This document shows positions 1 to 11,628 of a stretch of 64,000 nucleotides of DNA, one piece after another. Below the pieces are notes generated by a model that had not been told where the DNA came from, did no database searches, and worked only from the letters and a program-made list of their open reading frames with translations. Source of the stretch: Macrostomum lignano. Taxonomy: Eukaryota. Position numbers and translations under genes: made by a program. Where the stretch lies: positions 682,001-746,000 of the forward strand of contig NIVC01000142.1 of assembly GCA_002269645.1 (NCBI GenBank). Reading direction: 5' to 3'. Each line of letters begins with the position of its first letter. The first letter of the stretch is position 1.

Positions 1-2270
1 TCAGTGTCTTCTGATCCTTCAGGGTGTCCATCAGTGTTGTCTGATCCTTCACGGTGTCCATCAGCGTCTTCTGATCCTTCAGGGTGTCCATCAGTGTTGT
101 CTGATCCTTCACGGTGTCCATCAGTGTCTTCTGATCCTTCTGGGTGTCCATCGATATCTTCTAATCCTTCTGGGTGTCCATCGATGTCTTCTAATCCTTC
201 TGGGTGTCCATCGATATCTTCTAATCCTTCTGGGTGTCCATCGATATCTTCTAATCCTTCTGGGTGTCCATCGATATCTTCTAATCCTTCTGGGTGTCCA
301 TCGATATCTTCTAATCCTTCTGGGTGTCCATCGATATCTTCTAATCCTTCTGGGTGTCCATCGATGTCTTCTAATCCTTCTGGGTGTCCATCAGTGTCTT
401 CGGATCCTTCAGGTTGTCCATCAGTGTTTTCTAATCTTTCTTGGTGTCCATCAGTGTTGTCTGATCCTTCACGGTGTCCATCAGCGTCTTCTGATCCTTC
501 AGGGTGTCCATCAGTGTTGTCTGATCCTTCACGGTGTCCATCAGTGTCTTCTGATCCTTCACGGTGTCCATCAGTGTCTTCTGATCCTTCAGGGTGTCCA
601 TCAGTGTCTTCTGATCCTTCTGGGTGTCCATCAGTGTTGTCTGATCCTTCACGGTGTCCATCAGTGTCTTCTGATCCTTCAGGGTGTCCATCAGTGTTGT
701 CTGATCCTTCACGGTGTCCATCAGTGTCTTCTGATCCTTCAGGGTGTCCATCAGTGTTGTCTGATCCTTCACGGTGTCCATCAGTGTCTTCTGATCCTTC
801 ACGGTGTCCATCAGTGTTGTCTGATCCTTCACGGTGTCCATCAGCGTCTTCTGATCCTTCAGGGTGTCCATCAGTGTTGTCTGATCCTTCACGGTGTCCA
901 TCAGTGTCTTCTGATCCTTCTGGGTGTCCATCGATATCTTCTAATCCTTCTGGGTGTCCATCGATGTCTTCTAATCCTTCTGGGTGTCCATCGATATCTT
1001 CTAATCCTTCTGGGTGTCCATCGATATCTTCTAATCCTTCTGGGTGTCCATCGATATCTTCTAATCCTTCTGGGTGTCCATCGATATCTTCTAATCCTTC
1101 TGGGTGTCCATCGATATCTTCTAATCCTTCTGGGTGTCCATCGATGTCTTCTAATCCTTCTGGGTGTCCATCAGTGTCTTCGGATCCTTCAGGTTGTCCA
1201 TCAGTGTTTTCTAATCTTTCTTGGTGTCCATCAGTGTTGTCTGATCCTTCACGGTGTCCATCAGCGTCTTCTGATCCTTCAGGGTGTCCATCAGTGTTGT
1301 CTGATCCTTCACGGTGTCCATCAGTGTCTTCTGATCCTTCACGGTGTCCATCAGTGTCTTCTGATCCTTCAGGGTGTCCATCAGTGTCTTCTGATCCTTC
1401 TGGGTGTCCATCAGTGTTGTCTGATCCTTCACGGTGTCCATCAGTGTCTTCTGATCCTTCAGGGTGTCCATCAGTGTTGTCTGATCCTTCACGGTGTCCA
1501 TCAGTGTCTTCTGATCCTTCAGGGTGTCCATCAGTGTTGTCTGATCCTTCACGGTGTCCATCAGTGTCTTCTGATCCTTCACGGTGTCCATCAGTGTTGT
1601 CTGATCCTTCACGGTGTCCATCAGCGTCTTCTGATCCTTCAGGGTGTCCATCAGTTTTGTCTGATCCTTCACGGTGTCCATCAGTGTCTTCTGATCCTTC
1701 TGGGTGTCCATCGATATCTTCTAATCCTTCTGGGTGTCCATCAGTGTCTTCTGATCCTTCAGGTTGTCCATCAGTGTTTTCTAATCTTTCTTGGTGTCCA
1801 TCAGTGTTGTCTGATCCTTCACGGTGTCCATCAGCGTCTTCTGATCCTTCAGGGTGTCCATCAGTTTTGTCTGATCCTTCACGGTGTCCATCAGTGTCTT
1901 CTGATCCTTCAGGGTGTCCATCAGTGTTTTCTAATCTTTCTTGGTGTCCATCAGTGTTGTCTGATCCTTCAGGGTGTCCATTAGTATCTTCTACTTCTTG
2001 TAGGTGTCCATCAGTGTCTTTGGATCCTTCAGGGTGACTATTAGTGTCTTCTAATCCTTCAGGGTGTCCATAAGTGTTGTCTGATCCTTCAGGGTGTCCA
2101 TTAGTGTCTTCTGATCCTTCAGGGTGTCCATAAGTGTTTTCTGATCCTTCAGGGTGTCCATTAGTGTCTTCTAGGTGTCCATCAGTGTCTTTGGATCCTT
2201 CAGGGTGACTATTAGTGTCTTCTGATCCTTCAGGGTTTCCATCAGTGTCTTCCGATTCTTTAAGGTGTCC
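1..2270. repeat. 30-bp minisatellite (consensus TCAGTGTCTTCTGATCCTTCAGGGTGTCCA) with a 780-bp higher-order duplication
   Basis: 30-bp periodicity from base 1. The variant order of 1-780 recurs at 781-1560. Units decay from about 1980 to 2400. Confidence 0.95.
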
Positions 2271-2894
2271 ACCACGAATTTCTTCTGATCTTTTTGTTTG
2301 TCCACCACTCTATCTTATCCTATCAAGGTGTCTAGCAGTCCCCTCTTACCGTCCTTAAAGGGGTGTCCACCAGTGCGTTCCTATCATTCTGGGGTGTCCA
2401 TAGGGCCATCACCTGCATTCCATCTATCAATTTCCTTCAGCCTCAGCTAGCTAGTTTCAGAGCAGCCACAGTTGCACTTGTCTTCCAAGTCTCAGCCCAG
2501 CTAAAAACAGTCAGACACCGTAGTTCAGCCAGATTTTGATGATGTATTCTAAAAATAGCTCCCTCAGTTCTACTGCCATGCACCGTGCAGCGTATTTTGG
2601 GCAGATAAGTTTTTGTTCTATAAAAGGCAACTTCGCCTCTAGCTAAATTAATACTATATTTGGACATTTTCTCTCGACTCTACTCTTCTTTTCGCCATTT
2701 ATAGATGTGGGATTTAACTTAAGTCACATACTAAATTAGTACATGCATATCATTTTAAGACTTGTATGGTATCTTTTATTGTAACTTTTCAAAATGCTAA
2801 TCAAGCAGACGGGTACGCAGGAAGCTGCAGGTCGTGGGAACCGCATCTGATTATGCAGTTAGTGCGTAATTAGTATGAGTATACTGTGATAGTG

Positions 2895-2946
2895 AGTAGA
2901 TAGATAGATATATAGACAGACAGACAGATAAATAGATATAAAGATG

Positions 2947-3029
<83 letters not shown>

Positions 3030-3040
3030 GATAGATAATG

Positions 3041-3083
<43 letters not shown>

Positions 3084-3106
3084 GATGGATAGATAGATAG
3101 ATAGAT

Positions 3107-3148
<42 letters not shown>

Positions 3149-3183
3149 GATAGATAGACAGATAGATAGATAGATAGATAGAC

Positions 3184-3219
<36 letters not shown>

Positions 3220-3339
3220 GATAGATAGATAGATAGATAGATGATAGATAGATAGATAATGGATAGATAGATAGATAGATAGATAGATAGACAGATAGAT
3301 AGATAGATAGATAGATAGATGATAGATAGATAGATAATG

Positions 3340-3378
<39 letters not shown>

Positions 3379-3389
3379 GATAGATAGAC

Positions 3390-3421
<32 letters not shown>

Positions 3422-3440
3422 GATAGATAGATAGATAATG

Positions 3441-3494
<54 letters not shown>

Positions 3495-3495
3495 G

Positions 3496-3538
<43 letters not shown>

Positions 3539-3568
3539 GGATAGATAGATAATGGATAGATAGATAGG

Positions 3569-3613
<45 letters not shown>

Positions 3614-3687
3614 GATAGATAGATAGATAGATAGATATAGATAGATAGATAGATAGATAGATGATGGATAGAAATAGATAGATAATG

Positions 3688-3726
<39 letters not shown>

Positions 3727-3753
3727 GATGGATAGATAGATAGATAGATAATG

Positions 3754-3793
<40 letters not shown>

Positions 3794-3797
3794 CATG

Positions 3798-3855
<58 letters not shown>

Positions 3856-3859
3856 CATG

Positions 3860-3891
<32 letters not shown>

Positions 3892-3905
3892 CAAATAGAT
3901 AGATA
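2895..3905. repeat. (GATA)n microsatellite
   Basis: About 1 kb of AGAT/GATA units; the IYLS-repeat ORFs here are artefacts. Confidence 0.97.
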
Positions 3906-4467
3906 AACAGAAGCAAATATAATTTTTAATTAATAATTGTGTTGTATAGTCAAAATTAAGTAAACTATGCATCAGGGTTCTTAATTCGGTCAAATAAAAG
4001 TACGCTCGCATACTGCTGACAGTCAAGCACTGGACTGCTATAAGTACAATCAGTGCACCGCAGACCGGAAGATAGAGAGAGTGAGCAATGCGCCACTGTG
4101 CAATCAGCTGGGTATTTGAGGCTCGCGCACTGACCTTTGAAAAGCGTAAAACTTTAAGAAATTCAGTTTAGAGTCGCTTTAACTCGGTTGACTGATTAGA
4201 TAGCGGCTTTTTTACTGCGAGCTTTGACAAATTTGCCTGTTGTCTTCTGCGATTCTCACCCATGCGGGTCCGTCCCCAAGGCGCAGAGACTGTACCTGAC
4301 GATGAGATAGTCAAAGACAGCTGTGCACCCTGTATAAGCGTGCGCCTTGTTGCCGCGACGGTGGCAAATCAACAACAGTTCTTGTGCTTGACAACAGGTG
4401 TATAAGATCCGAGAATTTACCCGATGAAGAGTCGTTACAGATGATGTATTCTAAAAATATAGATATA

Positions 4468-6424
4468 CCCGTCGAACGTTTCACCCGGAATATTTCCCGG
4501 AATTTTGTGATCCGGGCCCGATTTTTAATTGATTTCCGGGTGAAGGCCCGATCAGCTTTTTTGGCCCGGAACAGCCCCCTGTTCCGGAAAAAGATCCGGA
4601 AATATGATCCGGAAAATTTTCGGGAAAAGGAAAGCTGTTCCGGTCTGATTTTCCGGAATTTTTCACCCGGAACACTATGGAATTCTGGGTGTAGACCCGA
4701 ATTTCAGTAGTGTTCCGGGTGAAAATGTTCCGGGTGAGATTTCGGGACTTGAGTCGGAATTCTCCAGTGATCCGGACCAAATGATCCGGAAAATTCACCC
4801 GGATCAGCTCCCCTGACCCGAATTTCAGCCAAGTTCCGGGCGAAGCTGATCCGGGAAAATTTCGGGACTTGAGTCGGAACTCCCTAGTGATCCGGACCAA
4901 CTGATCCGGAAAATTCACCCGGATCAGCTCGCTTGACCCGAATTTCAGCCAAATTCCGGGCGAAGCTGATCCGGGAAAATTTCGGGACTTGAGTCGGAAT
5001 TCCCCAGTGATCCGGACCAAATGATCCGGAAAATTCACCCGGATCAGCTCGCTTGACCCGAATTTCAGCCAAATTCCGGGCGAAGCTGATCCGGGAAAAT
5101 TTCGGGACTTGAGTCGGAATCAATCCGGCATCCATTATATAAGTTCCATGGGGATTTTGAGAGGAAGCCTCCGATGGAAAACCGCTGAATACAGACCCCA
5201 GCAAATGGCTATCCCATCAGGCAATCCCTGGCATCCATTTGGTCAACGGCGCTAATTCCTCTTGGAAAGCGAGGGGTAATAAAGCCTCGAAATTGCAATG
5301 TGAATTGATCTGCTTTTCGGCGGCTCTGTAGCGTCCGTAATGTGAGGCTGAGCCCATCCTCCGTACAGGTGACAATTGAAAAATTGTTGCGCCCTGTTTG
5401 TGTGCGAGAGGTTTGACTTCCACTGGCATGTAGTCTATCACAGCTGCTTAGTGTGTCAACGGGCTGAATGATTCTATCGTCATATTTGACGCTTAGAAGC
5501 ATAAAATCAGCCAACCATATTGTTTGGCACAACTGGGTGTCTAGACGGAGACTGTGGCATGCTACTGTGATAAGCCCAAGATTTGGCTGCAAATCCGGTT
5601 CAATCATCCAGAATTCACCTGGATTCGTGTGCTAATCCGGTTCACTCTCCCGGAATTCGCCCGGATTTGTGTGCTGATCCGGTTCACTCGCTCGGAATTG
5701 TGTGCTGATCCGGTTCACTCGCCCGGAATTGTGTGCTGATCCGGTTCACTCGCCCGGAATTGTGTGCTGATCCGGTTCACTCGCACGGAATTAGCCGCGG
5801 ATTTGTGTGCTGATCCGGTTCACTCGCCCAGAATTAGCCCGGATTTGTGTGCTGATCCGGTTCACTCGCCCGGAATTAGCCCGGATTTGTGTGCTGATCC
5901 GGTTCGCTCGCCGGAATTAGCCCGGATTTGTGTGCTGATCCGGTTCACTCGCCGGAATTTAGCCCGGATTTGTGTGCTGATCCGGTTCACTCGCCCGGAA
6001 TTAGCCCGGATTTGTGTGCTGATCCGGTTCACTCGCCCGGAATTAGCCCGGATTTGTGTGCTGATCCGGTTCACTCGCCCGGAATTTAGCCCGGATTTGT
6101 GTGCTGATCCGGTTCACTCGCCCGGAATTAGCCCGGATTTGTGTGCTGATCCGGTTCACTCGCCCGGAATTTAGCCCGGATTTGTGTGCTGATCCGTTCC
6201 ACTCGCCTGGATCTCACCCGGAACAGTCACCGGATTTTTTTTAGCGATCGCGGGTCTATTTTCCGGAATTTTTCTTTTTGATCCGGAAATTTCGCCCGGA
6301 TTCTGTAAACTTTCGTTACAGATCCGGAATTTCCACCCGGATCAGATTGCATTACTGGAATAAGAAAAAATTCCGGGTGAACGCAAAAATTCCGGGCGAA
6401 ATTCCGGGTGAAAAGTTCGACGGG
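4468..6424. mobile_element. Non-autonomous TIR DNA transposon (CCC...GGG ends, TA/TATA target duplication) with internal 120-bp and 31/42-bp arrays
   Basis: Left end TATA|CCCGTCGAACGTTTCACCCGGAAT; reverse complement of right end TATA|CCCGTCGAACTTTTCACCCGGAAT. 120-bp repeat at about 4741-5120 and 31/42-bp repeats at about 5620-6200. No transposase recognised. Confidence 0.75.
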
Positions 6425-6464
6425 TATAGAGAATAGATATATAGAGAATCCATCGATAGATTGA

Positions 6465-6873
6465 TTGATTGATAGATAGATAGATTAGATAGATAGAAGA
6501 TAGATACTGGTAGATAGATAGATAGATAGATAGATAGACAGACAGATAAATAGATAGATAGATTATATTGTATAGTCAATCTCTAGAGCGTTATGGACAA
6601 GCAAACATACAAACCTTAGAGATTTAGTATATTTAGATTATATTGTATGGTCAATCTATCTATCTATCCATCTATCTATCTATCTATCTATCTATCTGTC
6701 TGTCTATCTATCTATCTATCCATCTATCTATCTATCTATCTATCCATCTATCTATCTATCTATCTATCTGTCTATCTATCTATCTATCCATCCATCTATC
6801 TATCTATCTATCATCTATCTATCTATCCATCTATCTATCATCTATCTATCTATCTATCTATCTATCCATCTAT

Positions 6874-6918
<45 letters not shown>

Positions 6919-6955
6919 CATCTATCTATCTATCTATCTATCCATCTATCTATCC

Positions 6956-7014
<59 letters not shown>

Positions 7015-7089
7015 CATCTATCTATCATCTATCTATCTATCTATCTATCTATCCATCCATCTATCTATCTATCTATCCATCTATCTATC

Positions 7090-7120
<31 letters not shown>

Positions 7121-7205
7121 CATCTATCTATCATCTGTCTATCTATCCATCTATCTATCATCTATCTATCTATCTATCTATCTATTTATCTATCTATCTA
7201 TCTTA
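6465..7205. repeat. (GATA)n tract (about 6465-6565) followed by an oppositely oriented (TATC)n tract (about 6655-7205)
   Basis: Direct reading of the sequence. Confidence 0.95.
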
Positions 7206-7643
7206 TCTATCTTGCCTGATGACACAGGTAAAATAGGAAAGAAGTGCCTGTAAATGACAAAAAAAGTACGAGACGTCACGGTACAAGTCGCCAAAAAAGT
7301 CGTCACAGAGTCACCTAAGAGTCACATTTTAGAGTTTTCTTTCCTGCTCTTACTCTGAATCGAGTCTGGGGCAGTAGATTCGTATCCAAGGCGTGCCGGA
7401 GTCGCTGAGTTGCGTCTGAAGCACATTTGCGTCGCTTGATGAATTTGAGTCCTTATCTCTAGCGACTCTTGCAAGTACAAGTACAATCTTCAAGTACAAC
7501 GATTCTTGGACGACTCTTTCGCGACTTTTTTTACGATTCTGCAACTCGGGTGACACAATAGGTCGACCCAGAGTCGCTTAGAGTCACTTAGTAAGCGGTT
7601 TGCAATGATTTTTTAGCAATTCTTGTCACGGGTTAGTCTGGAT

Positions 7644-7706
7644 CAAGGGGCGGCCCTCAAAGCCTCTCTATCTGGCCCTTGAGGTAAAAAAGTTTGCCCA
7701 TCCCTA
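7644..7706. mobile_element. 63-bp hAT-like remnant
   Basis: Ends in AAAGTTTGCCCATCCCTA, which resembles a hAT TIR. Flanked by GTCTGGAT at 7636-7643 and 7707-7714. Shares a CTCTATCYGGCCCT motif with the hAT fragment at 53852. Confidence 0.45.
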
Positions 7707-7856
7707 GTCTGGATAGCGATTTCCCGTGTTTTGAATAGACCAACAGGTTAAATTTCGTTTTGTCCGCGAACCCCTGACTCAACCCTCCTATGAGCTGTAT
7801 AGATGATGAAGTGCAGGAATCTGACCACGAATTGGCAATCGCTTGCCGCCTCCCAG

Positions 7857-9143
7857 GTGTCCAGCTCTGCGGACGCCGCTGTCCGCGCCGATTCGCCGGC
7901 GCCGCGCAAACTCGACAGCCAGCCAGTTGACGCCAGCGCCGCCGCCGACCTGGTGGCCATCGCCTGTCGCCAGCATCTGGTGTTGCTGCGCTCACCGGGC
8001 GCCGTTGTTGCCACGGTAGCCGCTTCGGCTCTGACCTGCTGCGCTTTGTCCCCGGACGGCGCCACTCTGGCAGTTGGCGGCGCCGACGCTAAGGCGCCAA
8101 TTCGGTTGCTATCGACGCCTCAGCTGGCCGAGATTCAATCGGTGGCCGAGCACCAGGCCGAGGTGACGGCGCTGGCCTATTCGCCCGACGGAGCCAATTT
8201 GGCCGCCGGATTTGCCGACAGATACGTGCGCGTCTACTCCGTTGCCAATGGTTACGGGCTGGCTAACACTGAGGAATGGTGCTTCCACACGGCCAGGGTG
8301 AACTGTTTGGCTTGGACACATGACTCTAAATATTTGGCTACCGGTTCTCTGGACTGCTCCATCATTGTGTGGAGTCTGGACTCGCCTAGGAAGAGAATTG
8401 TGGCTAAAAGTGAGTGGCGTTATTGCTTTCTGGGTATTTTTGTATATATTAGTTACTTTGGCGTAACTTCACTAGCTGTTGGCTTTGGCATTAGCTTCAG
8501 TATTAGCTTTTGCATTAGCTTCAGTATTAGCTTTGGCATTAGCTTCAGTATTAGCTTTTGCATTAGCTTCAGTATTAGCTTTGGCATTAGCTTCAGTATT
8601 AGCTTTTGCATTAGCTTCAGTATTAGCTTTGGCATTAGCTTCAGTATTAGCTTTTGCATTAGCTTCAGTATTAGCTTTGGCATTAGCTTCAGTATTAGCT
8701 TTTGCATTAGCTTCAGTATTAGCTTTGGCATTAGCTTTGCATTAGCTTCAGCATTAGCTTTTGCATTAGCTTCAGTATTAGTTTTTGCATTAGCTTCCAT
8801 ATTAGCTTTGGTATTAGCTTTGCATTAGCTTCAGTATTAGCTTTCGCATTAGCTTCAGTATTAGCTTGTCATTAGCTTCATTATTAGCTTTGTCATTAGC
8901 TTCAGTATTAGCTTGTCATTAGCTTCAGTATTAGCTTCAGTATTAGATTTTGCATTAGCTTCAGTATTAGTTTTTGCGTTAGCTTCAATATGAGGAAAAC
9001 ATCGGCAGTTATTACATCCATCCCATCCCGCAGACGCCCACCCGATGAGTCAGATCACAAAGCTGACTTGGATTGACGCCAATCACTTGGTCTCAACTGG
9101 CCAAGACTCCAACATCAAGGTGTGGAATGTGTCCTTCGACTAG
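7857..9143 (+). CDS. WDR1: WD repeat-containing protein 1 / actin-interacting protein 1, last two exons (7857-8409, 9034-9143); upstream exons not identified in this window
   Basis: WD40 repeats ending FHTARVNCLAWTHDSKYLATGSLDCSIIVW. The GTGAGT donor at 8410 and CCGCAG acceptor at 9033 join in phase 1 to give KNAHPMSQITKLTWIDANHLVSTGQDSNIKVWNVSFD*, matching the AIP1 C-terminus. Confidence 0.88.
8478..8990. repeat. 24-bp intronic minisatellite (TTAGCTTTGGCATTAGCTTCAGTA)
   Basis: Tandem units fill the last WDR1 intron. Confidence 0.93.
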
Positions 9144-9769
9144 ATCCATTTATTAAACAAATTTTTGCGCTTAAGCATATTTAAACTGGAACTGTTATGC
9201 TGGCAAAGTTTTTCTGTGACTACAGCAATCCAGATTCTATTGCTACTGAAGTTCATTAATTAATCAACGGTGGCCAGCTCTTGCTCACGTGTGCTACCCA
9301 GTGAGACTGTTGTTATTTATATCTATTCAATATAATCCAGTTTTGCCAACCTATTTTATTGTTGTTAGTGTATTGTTGGCACTAGAGTACAAGTAATACT
9401 TGCATGCAATTCATTGTTACACGGCAAAGCCTTATTGTATTCATATCTATGAATATGTTTTCTGCAGACTGGGTCATTATTCAAGCCTAATTATAGTTCT
9501 TTATTTATACATTTACAGTAAAACTATTTAAAAATCACTTTCTACTTCTGATAGATCGATTCTTGATCGATTTTTTCAACTTTTTACTAAATTATTCAAT
9601 CAGTCAGTCGCTGTTTCTAAAAAATTAACAAATTCTCCAATTTTTGTTATAGTTGCACTATCGTTTGTTTGTTTAAATTCCGCCGCTATTAGTTGAAGTT
9701 TTTCAATAAACAAATCGGTTTTTATTAATATGCTGAATTCTGTTTTTATTCTGATTTTTACTTAAGCCA

Positions 9770-10243
9770 CCTAGTTTGGACACAGTTTGAGACAGGTGAG
9801 CTGAGACACATAGTTTGGGACATATGAGCTGAGACACCTAGTTTGAGACAGGTGAGCAGAGACACCTAGTTTGAGACAGGTGAGCTGAGACACCTAGTTT
9901 GAGACAGGTGAGCTGAGACACCTAGTTTGAGACAGGTGATCTGAAACACCTAGTTTGAGACAGGTGAGTTGAGACACCTAGTTTGAGACAGGTGATCTGA
10001 GACACCTAGTTTGAGACAGGTTATCTGAAACACCTAGTTTGAGACAGGTGAGCTGAGACACCTAGTTTGAGACAGGTGAGTTGAGACACCTAGTTTGAGA
10101 CAGGTGATCTGAAACACCTAGTTTGAGACAGGTGATCTGAAACACCTAGTTTGAGACAGGTGAGTTGAGACACCTAGTTTGAGACAGGTGATCTGAAACA
10201 CCTAGTTTGAGACAGGTGATCTGAAACACCTAGTTTGAGACAG
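9770..10243. repeat. 28-bp minisatellite (GAGACAGGTGAGCTGAGACACCTAGTTT)
   Basis: Tandem units between WDR1 and ETHE1. Confidence 0.93.
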
Positions 10244-10500
10244 TTGGCCCTGTTGGTGTGAATGCCAATTTTTGTGCGCAAGCCCCAAATTAATGTGGCC
10301 GAAAACCAGGGGTTCACGGCGCCAGAGCCAGACGTGCTTACCGCTGAGCAGCTCTGCCCCGATTGCAAAGATCAAGGGCTGCGGCAGGACGCACCAGCTT
10401 GCTGTTAGATAAGCTTGGCTGGCAAAGCACTATAAATTAATAAAGGCACGAATTGTGGGCTCAACATTGCAGCCTGTGCTCAAAAACTGCCCTTGCCGCC

Positions 10501-11628
10501 ATGCGCCTGTTCCGCCCGCTCAGCCTCCTGCTTGCCACTCGGCGCTTCTGCTCAGGCGGAGGCGGCGGCAGCGGCAGCGATCGCATCATATTTCGTCAGC
10601 TATTCGAGCCTAAGAGTTGCACCTACACCTATCTGATTGGTTGCCAGGCAACGCGAAACGCTGTTTACATTGATCCGGTCATTGAAACAGCCGAACGCGA
10701 TGCCAATTTGGTTAAGCAGCTGGGCCTGAATCTGGTGTACGCCATCAATACGCACCTGCACGCTGATCACGTGACTGGCACCGGCCGACTCAAAGCGCTG
10801 CTGCCTGGCTGTCGTAGCGTTATTTCCGGTGCTTACAAAGCCAGAGCTGATGTGCACATTGAGGACGGGACCAAGGTGAGATCTCCCGTTGTCAGCCTAG
10901 TCTCTGGGCTAAGATTAAGCCTACAGTAGAGTCTGCCACAAACAGTGCAGTAGAGTCTGCCACAAACAGTGCAGTAGAGTCTGCCACAAACAGTGCAGTA
11001 GAGTCTGCCACAAACAGTGCAGTAGAGTCTGCCACAAACAGTGCAGTAGAGTCTGCCACAAACAGTGCAGTAGAGTCTGCCACAAACAGTGCAGTAGAAC
11101 CCCCCTTTGAATAGTTCCAGAGAGTTAGAAATAAATTTCTCAACAGCGCAGCGTTAATCATCACAAAGCGGAAGTTGCGCTTTTTGTCCTACTATCAGTA
11201 GCTTTCATCGCCCATTTTAACATCCGCAGATTGACTTTGGCCGACTGCAGCTGGAGACGCGGTCAACTCCCGGCCACACGGACGGCTGCCTCACCTACGT
11301 GTTGCACAGCCACGCCATGGCTTTCACAGGCGACGCGCTTCTCATTCGCGGCTGCGGCCGAACCGACTTCCAGCAGGGCTCGCCTGATCGCCTGTACGAG
11401 TCGGTGCACAGCCAGATATTCAGCCTGCCTGAGCACTACCTGCTCTATCCTGCTCACGACTATACGGGTCAGTCTGTCACCACCGTAGCCGAGGAGAAGA
11501 AATACAACAGCCGGCTGACCAAATCCAAAGCTGAATTCATCAATATTATGAATAACTTGAACCTGCCCTATCCTAAACAGATTGATACGGCCCTGCCGGC
11601 CAATATGATCTGCGGAATGCAGGACTGA
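10501..11628 (+). CDS. ETHE1: Mitochondrial persulfide dioxygenase ETHE1 (exons 10501-10875, 11230-11628)
   Basis: Arg/Leu-rich N-terminal targeting-like peptide, FRQLFE..S.TYTYL, metallo-beta-lactamase motif [37 protein letters not shown] and C-terminal LPYPKQID. The AAG|GTGAG donor and CGCAG|ATT acceptor join in phase 0. Confidence 0.95.
10921..11099. repeat. 24-bp intronic minisatellite (AGTAGAGTCTGCCACAAACAGTGC)
   Basis: About 7 units in the ETHE1 intron. Confidence 0.92.

Noticed and set aside
4295-4330. CTGACGA as a hammerhead ribozyme core (also CTGATGA near 7215 and 19065)
   Set aside because: No stem II plus GAAA or stem III/NUH arrangement could be folded.
2538-4459. Exact 20-bp direct repeat GATGATGTATTCTAAAAATA at 2538-2557 and 4440-4459
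   Set aside because: Too short to define an LTR or element; no supporting termini or TSD.
8410-8828. WDR1 read-through into a hydrophobic (ISFS)n tail
   Set aside because: A GTGAGT donor at 8410 and an in-frame terminal exon restore the canonical AIP1 C-terminus.
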